Shown here: in pieces, positions 39,234 through 49,701 of the stretch
Numbering within the stretch: the stretch's first letter is position 1
Layout: each line of letters starts with the position of its first letter
From: Nannocystis sp. SCPEA4
GTDB lineage: Bacteria > Myxococcota_A > Polyangia > Nannocystales > Nannocystaceae
Length of the DNA stretch: 64,000 bases
NCBI RefSeq assembly: GCF_026626685.1
Contig: NZ_JAPNJX010000021.1
Coordinates: 41,329 to 105,328, forward strand
Reading direction: 5' to 3'
Notes under the pieces: generated by a model
What the model was told of the DNA's origin: nothing
Database searches by the model: none
What the model saw: the letters and a program-made list of their open reading frames with translations, nothing else
Program-made: the position numbers and the translations under genes

Positions 39234-40589
39234 TCAGACGCCACCCCCCTGCCCCACCCTGCCGGCGCGCCGGGCGGCCCGCTTCGCCGGCGCGGCGGAG
39301 GCTGTCTTTGCGGCCAGGTCGGGTGTGGAGAGCGCCGGGAACAGGTCGGTCTGAACTGTCCCTTCGCGCATGTTGGCCGGCGCACTCGCGGCTGGCTCTC
39401 GGGTCATGTTCGTGGGGATCTCCGCGGCTGTCTCTCGAGGCAGGCTCGTGGAGGCGTCCGCGAGTGTGTCTCCGGTCAGGTTCTTGGGGACGGTCGCGGG
39501 TGTCTCTCGGGTCAGGTCGCCCGCGGTGGGATGCGCCGGAGCTGGCGCATAGGACAGGGCGTCGGAGGCTGTCCCGGCGGACAGGTCCCCGCGGAAGTCG
39601 CGGACGCTGCGGATCGCCACCCGCCGCTTCTCGAACACGAGGAAGTACGAATGGTTCTTGCGCGCGTGGACCTGGGCCTTGAGCCGGCTGACGCCGGGGC
39701 TGTTGGGCCGCACGAGCACGAACAGGTCCTTGCAGTAGAGGCCGAGCGACTCGCCGCCTGTTATCAGTTCGACATGGGTGAGGCGCTGTTTGTTGGCGCT
39801 CACCTCGTCCTGGCACTTGACGATCAGGACGCCGCCCGGCACCAGCACGCGGGCGGCCTCGCGGCAGGCTTTCTCGTAGAGGTCGACGACCGCGTCGTGC
39901 CACTTGGGCCCGGCCTCGGTGGCGGCCGCGGCCGAATAGGCACGACGAAACGCGGCGTGGGTGCCGGAGCCGGCCATGTGGTCGACGCTGCGGCGGTACA
40001 TGCCCTCCATGTACGGCGGGTCGAGGACGACGCAGTCGAGGCTCGAGTCGCGGTACGGCAGGGCGCGGCAGTCGACGCCGCTCGTCAGCGTGGCGCCGGC
40101 GCGCGCGCTCACATCCGGCTTGAGGGCGATGTCGCTGGCGAGCAGCGTGTAACAGCCGGCCGGGACGCAGCGCCAGAACACGCCGAGGCCGTAGGTGACG
40201 TCGGCGACGGTGCTGCCCTTCGGGACATGCAGCGCGAGGATCTGCGCGAACAGCTCGGCGTTGTCGCCGACGCGCGCGGACACGACGACGTCGGTGGTGG
40301 CCACCCCACCCTGCACGCGGCGCGCGACGAGACGCGGAGCGGTCGCGGGCTCGCTCGCCGCGGAGTTCGGCTTCGCGGTGGCACCCTTCGGTCGCCCGCG
40401 GGGTGCCGTGGCGGGCGTCGAGACGCCGGAGGACTCACCCTGTCCACGACGGGCCCCGGAGTTCGGCTCCGCGGGGCCCTTCGGTCGCGCCTGGCGAGGA
40501 CGCGCCTCGGTGGCTTCTCCACGACCTCGACGCGGCTCTCGGCGCGTGGCGGGACGCGGCGCGGCGGCGGTACGGGGTCGGGCGGCCAT
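39234..40589 (-). CDS. Putative SAM-dependent methyltransferase (DPPY motif; N6-adenine/RsmD-like class) with disordered termini
   Basis: VTYGLGVF ... LLASDIA ... [15 protein letters not shown] ... LVPGGVLIV follows the order motif I - II - IV(DPPY) of amino-methyltransferases. Arg/Pro-rich N-terminus and repeat-built C-terminus. True start uncertain. Confidence 0.45.
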   Translation of the reverse strand: MAARPRTAAAPRPATRREPRRGRGEATEARPRQARPKGPAEPNSGARRGQGESSGVSTPATAPRGRPKGATAKPNSAASEPATAPRLVARRVQGGVATTDVVVSARVGDNAELFAQILALHVPKGSTVADVTYGLGVFWRCVPAGCYTLLASDIALKPDVSARAGATLTSGVDCRALPYRDSSLDCVVLDPPYMEGMYRRSVDHMAGSGTHAAFRRAYSAAAATEAGPKWHDAVVDLYEKACREAARVLVPGGVLIVKCQDEVSANKQRLTHVELITGGESLGLYCKDLFVLVRPNSPGVSRLKAQVHARKNHSYFLVFEKRRVAIRSVRDFRGDLSAGTASDALSYAPAPAHPTAGDLTRETPATVPKNLTGDTLADASTSLPRETAAEIPTNMTREPAASAPANMREGTVQTDLFPALSTPDLAAKTASAAPAKRAARRAGRVGQGGGV

Positions 40590-40695
40590 GGGGGGCCGGA
40601 CGGTACCCCATCTCGCGGGCGCTGGCCCGAAATGCGCATGCCGGCGCGGCCCGCTCGTGGCGGGGCGGCGCCGGCCTGCGGGCCACCGATCGGGT

Positions 40696-42603
40696 TCAGC
40701 GCCCCGAGGCGGCCTCGTCCTGCTGCTGCTCGCGGAGCTGGGCCAAGAGGCGGTCGCCCCGGGTCGTGATCTCCTCGTAGAGGGCGTTGCAGCGCGGCTC
40801 GGCGCGCTCCAGCCAGCGCTCGAGGATGCTGCGCCGCTCGGGGTGCTTCCGCGACTGCTCGAGGAGGATCTCGACGATCGCGACGTCGGCCAGGAGGCGC
40901 GTCAGCCGCTCGGCGTGCAGCATGGCGTAGGCGAAGTCGCGCTTGGGGTCCCAGTTCTGGAAGAACTCCTTGGACCACTCGGTGATCTTGTGCTTGCCGA
41001 GGCCGCGCAGCTTGTCGGCGGCGGTGCGCTGGATCAGGTGCTGCTGGGCCGCGAGCGACAGCGCGGTGAGGCGGGCGACACGGCGCTCGAGCGCGTCGAG
41101 GGCCGAGAGGCTGCGCCAGCGGGCCTGGGCGACGCGGGTGAGGAAGCGCTGCGGGTTGCGCATGATGCTGCTCATCGCGTCCTTCATCGCCATGAGCGAC
41201 TGGATCTGGCTGGTGCCCTCGTAGATCGGCAGGACCATGGCGTCGCGCAGCAGCTTCTCGGCCCCGTACTCGCGGATGTAGCCGGCGCCGCCGAGGATCT
41301 GGATGCACTTGCGCGACATCTCGACGGCCTTCTCGCTGGCGATGTACTTGAGCAGCGGGGTGAGCCGGCGGGCCCGGTTGCCGTGGCGCTTGGCCTGCTT
41401 GAGCACGCGCGCCCGCTCGATGCTGTCGGGGTCGGTGTCGAGGATGCCCTGCATCTTGGTCCGCTGGTGCAGCTCCTCGTGGTAGGCGCACTGCATGGCG
41501 AGGGCGCGCAGGCCGAGGATCTCGGTCTGCATCTCGTCGAGGAAGTCGGCGATCATCTCGTGGCGATCGATCGACTTGCCCATGCTGCGGCGCTCGGCGG
41601 CGTAGGCCTTGGCCTTGCGGTAGGCGGCCTCGCAGGCGCCGATCGACTCGAAGCCGACGCCGACGCGGGCGTTGTTCATCAGCAGGAGCATCAGCTGGAA
41701 GCCCTCGCCGCGCTTGCCGATCAGGCGCCCGGGCGCGCGGTCGAAGCTGACCGCGGCGGTGGCCGAGCCGTGGTGGCCGAGCTTCTCCTCGAGCCGGTCG
41801 ATGACGGCGATCCGGCGACGTGTCCCATCGGGCATGTCCTCGTAGGCAGGGACGTGGAACAGCGACAGGCCGCCGAGGCCGGGCTTGTCGGGCTCGGTGC
41901 GGGCGATGACGATGTGGTGCTTGCCGTGGCCGGAGGTCAGGAAGATCTTCTGGCCGGTGATGTACCAGTTGCCCTGCTCGTCCTGCTCGGCGCGGGCCTT
42001 GAGCGCGGCCATGTCGCTGCCGGCGTCGGGCTCGGTGATGTCCATGCTGCCCCACGCGTCGCCGCGCAGGATCTCGGCGATCTCCGCCTGGAAGCGCGTG
42101 CCGGTGATGACCCGCTGCTCGCGGTCGAAGGTGGTGCTGCCCTCGTGCACCGAGTACAGCAGGAGCATCAGGGCGATGCCGCTGTAGAAGTTGTAGTGCG
42201 TCATGACGACGTTGTCGGCCCGCGCCAGCAGCTCGCACACCATGAAGTGCACGGTCGCCGGGCAGCCGATGCCGCCGAGCTCGCGCGGCAGCGCCAGACC
42301 GTGGAGGTCGAGGCCCTTGATCTGCTCGAACAGCGCGTCGGTCTCGGGCGCGAGGTGGCCCTCGCCGTCCTTCAGGTGCACGCCCTTCTGATCGATGGCC
42401 ATCGAGCGCGGCGCGACCTGCTCGGCCGCGAACTCGCCGACCATGCCGAGGATGTCGCGGTAGGCCGCGAGCGCCTCGTCGGCGGAGGCGTACCCGCCCG
42501 GCACGCGGAAGTCCTGCTCGACGAGGCCGATGATCGGCGCCCAGTCGAGGCCGCGCTCCAAGTAGTACCGAAGGTCTTCGTTGTCGTCGAAGTAGTTGGC
42601 CAC
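40696..42603 (-). CDS. Acyl-CoA dehydrogenase (large FadE-type)
   Basis: 635 aa. ACAD N/M/C domains (…YEGTSQIQ…). GTG start. Confidence 0.85.
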   Translation of the reverse strand: MANYFDDNEDLRYYLERGLDWAPIIGLVEQDFRVPGGYASADEALAAYRDILGMVGEFAAEQVAPRSMAIDQKGVHLKDGEGHLAPETDALFEQIKGLDLHGLALPRELGGIGCPATVHFMVCELLARADNVVMTHYNFYSGIALMLLLYSVHEGSTTFDREQRVITGTRFQAEIAEILRGDAWGSMDITEPDAGSDMAALKARAEQDEQGNWYITGQKIFLTSGHGKHHIVIARTEPDKPGLGGLSLFHVPAYEDMPDGTRRRIAVIDRLEEKLGHHGSATAAVSFDRAPGRLIGKRGEGFQLMLLLMNNARVGVGFESIGACEAAYRKAKAYAAERRSMGKSIDRHEMIADFLDEMQTEILGLRALAMQCAYHEELHQRTKMQGILDTDPDSIERARVLKQAKRHGNRARRLTPLLKYIASEKAVEMSRKCIQILGGAGYIREYGAEKLLRDAMVLPIYEGTSQIQSLMAMKDAMSSIMRNPQRFLTRVAQARWRSLSALDALERRVARLTALSLAAQQHLIQRTAADKLRGLGKHKITEWSKEFFQNWDPKRDFAYAMLHAERLTRLLADVAIVEILLEQSRKHPERRSILERWLERAEPRCNALYEEITTRGDRLLAQLREQQQDEAASGR

Positions 42604-42768
42604 GAGACGACACTAGCCGACGGCGATATGCTGAGCAAGCTCAGGAAAAGTCCGTGCAGGCGACAGGCTGGAGGCGGTTTGGCCCAATGTGGACCCTGCG
42701 CATCCGGCGCAACCCGGTCGAATGTCCGCGCCGCCGATCGGCCGCTGGTGGTTTATAAGAGGAGGACC

Positions 42769-43500
42769 GTGAGCCGAAACTCCCGCATGCGGAGCCGCGA
42801 GCACGTGTCGTTCCGCCGCGAGGCCACGTTCCACGCGGCGCCCCACGCGCTCGTGGAGCCGGTGCTCGACGCGGAGCGCGAGGCGACCGCCCGCCGCGAG
42901 GAGGTAGCGCCGGGGGTGCATGTGCTGCACGGGGTGATGTCGCCGAAGGAGTGCAAGCGCCTGATCGCGGCGGCCGAGGCGATCGGCTTCACCCACGCGG
43001 GCCTGGCGATCGGCGACGATACGTACCGGGTCAACCTGGCGGCGCGCAACAACCTGCGCGTGGTGTTCGACGCGCCCGAGCTGGCGGCCGGACTGTGGCC
43101 GCGGATCCGCGAAGTGGCCAACAGTCAGCACGAGGGCGCTCCGTTGCGCGGGCTGAACAGTCGCTTCCGCGTGTACCGCTACGAGGTCGGGATGCGCTTC
43201 TCGCCGCACGTCGACGTCCGCACGACGGTGCCGCTCGGCGAGACGCGCGAGTCGCTGGTGATCTTCCTGAACGCGGAGTTCGAGGGCGGCGCGACCCGCT
43301 TCTTCGAGACGAAGGACAAGTCGCAGCGCCGCGGCGAGGGCCGCGGGCGCAAGTTCGACAACAAGGTGCGGTTCGCGTTGACGCCGGAGGTCGGCGGCGC
43401 GGTGGTGTTCGACCACCTGCTGCTGCACGAGGGCGCCGAGGTGACAGGGGGCGTGAAGTATGCGGTGCGCTCGGACGTGATCTACGGGCCGCCGCGGTAG
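42769..43500 (+). CDS. 2OG-Fe(II) oxygenase (prolyl 4-hydroxylase-like)
   Basis: AAGAGGAGGA Shine-Dalgarno then GTG. HxD...H facial triad (FSPHVDV ... LLLHEGAEV). RxS 2OG-binding residue. Confidence 0.7.
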   Translation: MSRNSRMRSREHVSFRREATFHAAPHALVEPVLDAEREATARREEVAPGVHVLHGVMSPKECKRLIAAAEAIGFTHAGLAIGDDTYRVNLAARNNLRVVFDAPELAAGLWPRIREVANSQHEGAPLRGLNSRFRVYRYEVGMRFSPHVDVRTTVPLGETRESLVIFLNAEFEGGATRFFETKDKSQRRGEGRGRKFDNKVRFALTPEVGGAVVFDHLLLHEGAEVTGGVKYAVRSDVIYGPPR

Positions 43501-43553
43501 CGGCTCTGGCACATGTCCATCGGGACATTTCCCGAAGGACATGTCTCTCGGTG

Positions 43554-44633
43554 TCACTGCGGGATCAGGCAGCCGCAGGCGTCCTTGTCGCCGTCGTCGG
43601 GGGCGTAGTCGAAGCAGGTGGCGTCGTAGGCCTCGCACAGCCAGGCGTGGCCGTTGCCGCACAGGGTGAGGACGGCGTCGGGCAGCATCGGCGCGCCGCC
43701 GAGGAGCGGGGCCTCGGCGAGGCCGAGCTTGGTCGCGGGGACGACGACGGCGCCGAGCGGGTCGATGATGGCGGCGCGGGCGTCGGGCGCGGTGCTCATG
43801 ACGAGGAAGTTCTCGCTGCCGGCGATCAGGGCGATGCCGTCGAAGCCGGTCAGGCCGACCTGGCCGGGCATGTCGACGCGACGGATCTCCGTCATGCCGT
43901 CGCGCGAGAGGACGACCAGCTCGTCGGTGCCGTAGCTGGCGATGTAGAGGTTGTCGTCGAGGCCGAGGGCGAGGCCGGCGCAGATGCTCATGCCGAAGCC
44001 GAGCTGCTGCGGCGGCTCGAGCACCGCGAGGGTGACGGGGTCGACCTCGTTGAGGATGCAGCTCTGATTGATGAGCAGGCCGCGCTGCTGCTTGGCGTCG
44101 TAGGTGGCGCCGTCGAGCTGCGGCAGGGCCTCGGGCGGGACGTCGATGACGTCGCCCTTGGGCGTGCCGTCGGTGGTGAAGCGGCGCGCCTTGCCGCTGA
44201 ACGACATGATCATGACCTCGTCGGCGTCGCCGTTGTAGAACGAGGCCTGCAGCACCATGTCCGGGATGCCGGTGTCGAACTTCTTGACGTAGGTGAAGGC
44301 GGTCGTGTCCGCCACGGCCTGCGGGTCGCAGAAGTCGGGGCTGGTGGTGCTCGTCGACGGATCGACGGTGGTGGTGAGCGTCGTCGACGTCGAATTCGCG
44401 GCGGTGGTGCCGGTCGGCTCGTCCGTCGTCGAGGTGGTCGCGGCGGTGCTCGTGGTGCCGGTGAGCGCGTCGGTGGTCGTGCTCGAGGTCGGGGCGTCGA
44501 CGGTGGTGCTCGCCGCGGAGGTCGTCGTCGACACGGGGGTCGTCGCCGAGGCGCTGTCGTCGGCACGACCAGAGTCGCCGCAGGCCGCGAGGGCGCACGA
44601 GAGGAGCGTGATGACGAACGGGCGCACGTACAT
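43554..44633 (-). CDS. Lipoprotein with Thr/Ser-rich linker
   Basis: Lipobox LLSCALAAC. ~80 aa T/S-rich linker. Globular C-domain with conserved Cys pairs. Confidence 0.5.
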   Translation of the reverse strand: MYVRPFVITLLSCALAACGDSGRADDSASATTPVSTTTSAASTTVDAPTSSTTTDALTGTTSTAATTSTTDEPTGTTAANSTSTTLTTTVDPSTSTTSPDFCDPQAVADTTAFTYVKKFDTGIPDMVLQASFYNGDADEVMIMSFSGKARRFTTDGTPKGDVIDVPPEALPQLDGATYDAKQQRGLLINQSCILNEVDPVTLAVLEPPQQLGFGMSICAGLALGLDDNLYIASYGTDELVVLSRDGMTEIRRVDMPGQVGLTGFDGIALIAGSENFLVMSTAPDARAAIIDPLGAVVVPATKLGLAEAPLLGGAPMLPDAVLTLCGNGHAWLCEAYDATCFDYAPDDGDKDACGCLIPQ

Positions 44634-44824
44634 CGGCCGACGATAGCGTGAGGGGATCGAGCGTGGGGCTCGATCGCGCTCCGACGATGCGAGCGCGGCG
44701 ACGCGGTCGCCGGGCCGACGGCGCACGCAGGCATCGACACACGCCTGCCGGCGCGGGACGGCACGATGCAGACCTCGGGTCGAACAGGAGTCGGCGGATT
44801 CGCCGGTGATCCGGTGCCGACCGC

Positions 44825-45055
44825 TCACGCGCCTTGAACCGCGAACACGTCGATCGAGGTCGCGGCGCACGAGCCCACCCGGGCGGGCCTGGGCCAGGTG
44901 ATGCGGTGCTTCTTGATCCGGCGCTTCATCGCCTGCCGCGTGATGCCGAGGCGGTGGGCGGCGTCGACGATGTTGCCGGCGAGCTCGAGCGCCTCGACGC
45001 AGAAGTGCCGCTCGATGGCGTCCAGATCGAACTCTTGCGGGAGGGCCGAAGGCAT
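44825..45055 (-). CDS. Stand-alone Fis-family HTH DNA-binding protein
   Basis: FDLDAIERHFCVEALELAGNIVDAAHRLGITRQAMKRRIKK matches the C-terminal HTH_8 of NtrC/Fis. Confidence 0.4.
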   Translation of the reverse strand: MPSALPQEFDLDAIERHFCVEALELAGNIVDAAHRLGITRQAMKRRIKKHRITWPRPARVGSCAATSIDVFAVQGA

Positions 45056-45115
45056 GGCGCGCCTTGTACTGCCCTCGCCTGGTCTCGCGCAGATCGAGCG
45101 CGCGTGTCCGGACGG

Positions 45116-46090
45116 TCACGGCACGAGGACGATTTTGCCGCGCACCTCGCGTCGCTCGAGCCGCGCGAGCGCCTCGCCGGCGCGGGCGAACGGCACGGCC
45201 TCGTCGACGTGCGGCCGTAGCTGGCCCGCGGCGACGGCGGCGAGGATCCGCTCGGCGTTGGCGCGGCTCCTGGCCGGTTCGCGCGCGGCGAACGAGCCCC
45301 AGAACACGCCGACGATCTGGCAGCCCTTGAGCAGCACGAGGTTGAGCGGGATCTTCGGGATCTCGCCGGCCGCGAAGCCCACCACGAGGTAGCGCCCTTC
45401 CCAGGCGATCGATCGCAGCGCCGGCTCGGCGAACGGGCCGCCGACCGGATCGTAGACGACGTCGACGCCCTCGCCGCGCGTGAGCTGCTTGCAGCGCTCC
45501 TTGAGATCCTCGCGGGTGTACTGAATGCCCTCGTCGGCGCCGTGCTCGCGGGTGAAGGCCAGCTTGTCGTCGCTCGAGGCGGCCGCGATCACGCGCGCGC
45601 CGAGGAACTTGCCGATCTCGACCGCGGCGATGCCGACCCCGCCGGCGGCGCCGAGCACGAGCAGGGTCTCGCCTGCTTTCAGGGCGGCGCGATCGACGAG
45701 CGCGTGCATCGTCGTGCCGTAGGTCAGCAGCGTGGCGGCGGCGACCTCGAAGCCGACGGCGTCGGGCAGCTTCACGACGGCGCTCTCGGGCATGACGATC
45801 CGCTCGGCGAAGGCGCCGTGGACCATCGTCGTGGCCACGCGATCGCCGACGGCGACGGCGCTCACCCCGGCGCCGACGGCCGTGACCACGCCGGCCGCCT
45901 CGAGCCCGGGCACGAACGGCGGCGGCGGCTTGAACTGGTACTTGCCGTACGAGAGCAGCACGTCGGGGAAGTTGACCCCGGCGGCGCGAACATCGACGAG
46001 CACCTCGCCGGGGCCCGCCTCCGGCTCCGGCAATTCGTCGACGCGGAGGCCCGAGGGACCGGCGAATTCATGACAGCGGACGGCGCGCAT
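45116..46090 (-). CDS. NADPH:quinone oxidoreductase / zinc-type MDR family
   Basis: GLEAAGVV...VGDRV. Rossmann fold LVLGAAGGVGIAAVEIGK. Confidence 0.8.
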   Translation of the reverse strand: MRAVRCHEFAGPSGLRVDELPEPEAGPGEVLVDVRAAGVNFPDVLLSYGKYQFKPPPPFVPGLEAAGVVTAVGAGVSAVAVGDRVATTMVHGAFAERIVMPESAVVKLPDAVGFEVAAATLLTYGTTMHALVDRAALKAGETLLVLGAAGGVGIAAVEIGKFLGARVIAAASSDDKLAFTREHGADEGIQYTREDLKERCKQLTRGEGVDVVYDPVGGPFAEPALRSIAWEGRYLVVGFAAGEIPKIPLNLVLLKGCQIVGVFWGSFAAREPARSRANAERILAAVAAGQLRPHVDEAVPFARAGEALARLERREVRGKIVLVP

Positions 46091-46122
46091 GCGGCCGCCA
46101 CTCTAGCAAACGCGCCGCGGAA

Positions 46123-46758
46123 CTAAACGTCCGAGTTCGGCTCGTCGGCGAGGAGCCGGCTCAGGAGCGGGCGGATGTCCTTCTGCGTCACCGCGGCGAG
46201 GTGGTCCGCGGCGAGCGCCGCGTGCCCTGCCCCCTTGTCCTGCGCCAGCTTGAAGATCGCCCGCATGTCGACGATCTCGAGCTCGAAGCCGAAGACCATG
46301 GCGAGGAAGCGCTCGAAGTTCTTCTGGTCGGCGCGGAGGCGGTAGCCGGAGTCGTTCGGCTCGTGCAGCTCGGCGAGGCGGAACAGGATGTCGCGCACGC
46401 GCTCGCGGTCGGTCAGCGGGCGCGCGAGCGCCTGCACGTGCACGGTCACGTAGTTCCATCCGGGGTACTGCTCGGTCGGGTAGATCGACGGCGAGATGTA
46501 ATGATTGGGGCCGTGGAACAGCGCGTAGACCCGCGGGTCGGCGCGCAGGACCTCGCCGTGGGGGTTGTTGCCGTCGAAGTGGCCGAGCAGGACACCCGCA
46601 GCGCTGCGCGCGTCGTCGAGGACGAGCGGTACCTGCGTCACCGTCGGCCACTCGGGGCCGGCGGAGATCAAGGTGGCGAGCGGATAGGCCCGGATCACCG
46701 CGTGCAGCTTGGCGCGGGCGACGGAGCGGAACGGGGCGAGCGGATAACTCGAGGTCAT
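46123..46758 (-). CDS. FMN-binding negative transcriptional regulator (PaiB family)
   Basis: PLATLISAG...PTVTQVPLVLD...GHFDGNNPH typical of PaiB. Start chosen at MTSSYPL. Confidence 0.65.
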   Translation of the reverse strand: MTSSYPLAPFRSVARAKLHAVIRAYPLATLISAGPEWPTVTQVPLVLDDARSAAGVLLGHFDGNNPHGEVLRADPRVYALFHGPNHYISPSIYPTEQYPGWNYVTVHVQALARPLTDRERVRDILFRLAELHEPNDSGYRLRADQKNFERFLAMVFGFELEIVDMRAIFKLAQDKGAGHAALAADHLAAVTQKDIRPLLSRLLADEPNSDV

Positions 46759-48506
46759 GGCAGGCAGAGGTGCGCGGCGATGATGTCGTCGACGCCGAGC
46801 GCGGGCGGGGCGAACTTCCCGTCGCCGTAGCCGACGATCACGGGCATGCCGGTGCTGAGCGCGGCGATGAAGCCCTGGTGCTCGTCGTCGACGGTGCCGA
46901 GCTGGTGGGTCCACTGCTTGACGCCGCTGGCGCTGTACTTGGCGACGAACAGGTCCCAGCCGCCCTTCGAGACGTGGCCGTCGAAGTCGCCGTCGGTCGA
47001 GCCGCCGATCAGGAGGTCGCCGGCTCCATCGACGACGATGTCGCGGCCGGAGTCGGCGTCACTGGTGCCGAGTTGACGGATCCACTGCTTCACCCCGTCG
47101 GCGTCGAGCTTCATCACCAACAGGTCGCCGAACCCCTTGTAAGGGTTGCCGTCGAGGCTGCCCGAGACACTGCCGGTGACGTAGATGTCGCCGGCGTCGT
47201 CGGTCGCCACGGCGGCGGCGTAGTCGCCGTACTCCAGGCCGAACTGACGCGTCCACAGCTTGGTGCCGTCGGCGTCGAACTTGGCCACGAAACCGTCGCT
47301 GTCGCCCAGATAGACGTTGCCGTCGAGGCTGCCGTAGACGTAGCCGACCACGATGATGTTGCCGGCGCTGTCGGTGGCGACCCCGTAAGCCTGGTCGTCG
47401 CCGCTGCTGCCGAACTGACGGATCCACTGCTTTTCGCCCTGCGCGTCGTACTTCGCCAGCAGGACGTCGTAGACGCCGCCGAGGACGTGGCCGTCGATGC
47501 TGCCGCGAGAGTTGCCGGCGACGATCACGTTGCCCGCGGCGTCGGTGGCGGCGTCGAGCGCGACTTCGTTGTCGTCGCTGCCGAACTGCCGCGTCCACTG
47601 CTTGTTGCCGTCGTTGTCGTACTTGACGATGAAGACATCGTCGTACCCCTGGGAGATGTTGCCGTCGAGGTCGCCCTGAGTGTCGCCGGTGACGAAGACG
47701 TTCCCGGCATTGTCCGTGGCGACGCCGTAGGCGCCGTCGAACTCGGACGAGTCGATGTACCGGGTCCACTGCTCCTGGCCGGCCGCGTCGTATTTCCGCA
47801 CAGCGCCCATCTTGCTGGACTGGATGTGGGCGGAGACGAAGATGTTGTCGTCGCCGTCGACGGCGACGCCGGAGCCGCCGTCGGAGTACTGGGTGCCCCA
47901 TTGCCGGGCCCACGGCACGCACCCGTCGACGCACTGATTCGCCTCGCATGTTCCGCTGAGGCAGTCGCCGTCGCCGCCGCAACCCTGCCCCACGGCGCAG
48001 CCGCCACAGCTGCCGCCGCAGTCGAGGTCGCTCTCGTCGCCGCTCTCGAGGCCGTCGCTGCAGCTCGGGGCGTTGCACAACGTGGTGCACGCGTCGGTCT
48101 CGTCGGCATTGCCGTCGTCGCAGGCCTCGCCCGGATCGAGGATGCCGTTGCCACAGCTGGCCGGTGGTGCGGTGGTCGAGGTGTCGGTCGCGGTCAGCGG
48201 TTCGGTGGTCGCGTCGGTGGTCGCGTCGGTGGTCGTCGACGGATCTGCCGTCGTGCTCGCGGTCGGCTCCGCGGTGGTCGGCCCCTCGGTCGTCGCAGTC
48301 GTCCCTTCCGTCGGCGGCCCTGACGTCGTCGCGGGCTCGCTCGTCGTCGTGTCGCTCGGAGCCGTCGTCGGCCCTGCGGTCTCGGGTTCCGCCGTCGCGG
48401 CCGAGTCCGTACCGGGCACCATGTACTGCGGAGTACCCGAGTCGCCGCAACCGGTGAGGAACGCCAGAAGGCTCAGGGAATACCGCAATTCACTGGTTGT
48501 TCGCAT
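46755..48506 (-). CDS. SBBP-repeat beta-propeller lipoprotein with Myxococcales Cys-rich repeat
   Basis: Lipobox LLAFLTGC. Thr-rich linker. CGNGILDPGEACDDGNADETDAC repeat. Seven or more SBBP units (WTRQFGS..D...GVATD.AGN..V.G). Confidence 0.65.
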   Translation of the reverse strand: MRTTSELRYSLSLLAFLTGCGDSGTPQYMVPGTDSAATAEPETAGPTTAPSDTTTSEPATTSGPPTEGTTATTEGPTTAEPTASTTADPSTTTDATTDATTEPLTATDTSTTAPPASCGNGILDPGEACDDGNADETDACTTLCNAPSCSDGLESGDESDLDCGGSCGGCAVGQGCGGDGDCLSGTCEANQCVDGCVPWARQWGTQYSDGGSGVAVDGDDNIFVSAHIQSSKMGAVRKYDAAGQEQWTRYIDSSEFDGAYGVATDNAGNVFVTGDTQGDLDGNISQGYDDVFIVKYDNDGNKQWTRQFGSDDNEVALDAATDAAGNVIVAGNSRGSIDGHVLGGVYDVLLAKYDAQGEKQWIRQFGSSGDDQAYGVATDSAGNIIVVGYVYGSLDGNVYLGDSDGFVAKFDADGTKLWTRQFGLEYGDYAAAVATDDAGDIYVTGSVSGSLDGNPYKGFGDLLVMKLDADGVKQWIRQLGTSDADSGRDIVVDGAGDLLIGGSTDGDFDGHVSKGGWDLFVAKYSASGVKQWTHQLGTVDDEHQGFIAALSTGMPVIVGYGDGKFAPPALGVDDIIAAHLCLP

Positions 48507-48824
48507 GACAGCAGCGCTCGACGACGCTCAGCAGGTCTTTCGCGTCAGCGGGCCGAGCATATGCCACGCTCGTCGCCACGGACAAGGACCTCGCTCTCGC
48601 GTCAGGGGCTGCGCAGGAGCGTGCGACGACCTCGCGGTGGCCGGCCGAGAGTCCGGCGAAGGTGCCGATCGATCCGCCCGCTGGCGAGCCCGAAGGCCAC
48701 GAAGACGAGGACGAGGACGCCGGAGGTGCCGAACCTATCGGTGTTGTAGTCGGCTGTCCCGAAGGACACCTCGCCGCGCGCCCGCGCCCCTCCCGGCGCC
48801 CGCGTCCGACGCTACACTCGCCGC

Positions 48825-49631
48825 ATGTCCACCGATCCCCTGACCTCGGCGTGCGCGAGCGCGGCGCCCAGGATGCTGCTCGTGGTCACCGGCGCCGGCG
48901 TCAGCCTGGCCAGCGGGATCCCGACCTTCCGCGGCGCCGATCCGGGGGCCGTGTGGTCGGTCGACGTCACCGAGCTCGGGACGATCGGGTACTTCCGCCG
49001 CGATCCGGTCGGCTCGTGGCGGTGGTACCTGCGCCGCTTCGGCGCCCTGCACGACGCCCGTCCGAACCCGGCGCACCTCGCCCTCGCCGCGCTCGAGCGC
49101 TGGCACGTCGGCCGCGGCGGCGAGTTCCTGCTCGTCACGCAGAACGTCGACGGCCTGCACGAACAGGCCGGCACCAGCGCGCTGGTGCACGTGCACGGGC
49201 GGGCCGATCGGGTCCGCTGCAGCAGCCACGGCTGTCTGCACGGCGCGCCGAAGGGCTGGCTGCCGCGCGACCCCGAACGCGACGCGGCGTTCCTCCGCGA
49301 GCCGGGCGAGGCCACCCTCCCGCGCTGCCCCGCCTGCGACGCGCCGCTGCGCCAGCACGTGCTGTGGTTCGACGAGTACTACACGGGCCACCGCGACTAC
49401 GAGATCGAGCGGGTGCTGAAGGCGGCCAAGCGGGCCGCGGTGGTGCTGTTCGTCGGCACCTCGTTCGCCGTCGGCATCACCGACCTGATCCTGACGCGCG
49501 CGCTGGCGAGGAACGCCAAGGTATTCGCGCTCGACCCCGTCGCCCGCTACCCGCACCCGAGCGTCGTCCCCGTGGTCGCCGCCGCGGAGGAGCGGCTACC
49601 CGCGCTGTGCCGGGCGCTCGGCGCCGCCTGA
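48825..49631 (+). CDS. cobB: NAD-dependent protein deacylase, Sir2 family
   Basis: GAGVSLASGIPTFRG, QNVDGLH, Zn ribbon CSSHGC...CPACD. Confidence 0.85.
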   Translation: MSTDPLTSACASAAPRMLLVVTGAGVSLASGIPTFRGADPGAVWSVDVTELGTIGYFRRDPVGSWRWYLRRFGALHDARPNPAHLALAALERWHVGRGGEFLLVTQNVDGLHEQAGTSALVHVHGRADRVRCSSHGCLHGAPKGWLPRDPERDAAFLREPGEATLPRCPACDAPLRQHVLWFDEYYTGHRDYEIERVLKAAKRAAVVLFVGTSFAVGITDLILTRALARNAKVFALDPVARYPHPSVVPVVAAAEERLPALCRALGAA

Positions 49632-49701
49632 GGGGCAGCGCTCGCACCTGTCCGATTCGCCATGTCGGATGTCCTTTCGGACATCCACCCTCGCCGCCGC
49701 C

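Noticed and set aside
40195-43500. 1101 aa plus-strand ORF
   Set aside because: Only the last 244 codons (42769-43500) are a real 2OG-Fe(II) oxygenase gene with its own Shine-Dalgarno and GTG. The remainder is antisense to the acyl-CoA dehydrogenase and methyltransferase genes.
48825-49631. Sir2 protein as a possible anti-phage (Thoeris/DSR-like) defence component
   Set aside because: It has the complete canonical sirtuin catalytic core and four-Cys zinc ribbon, a normal CobB size, and no partner defence genes.
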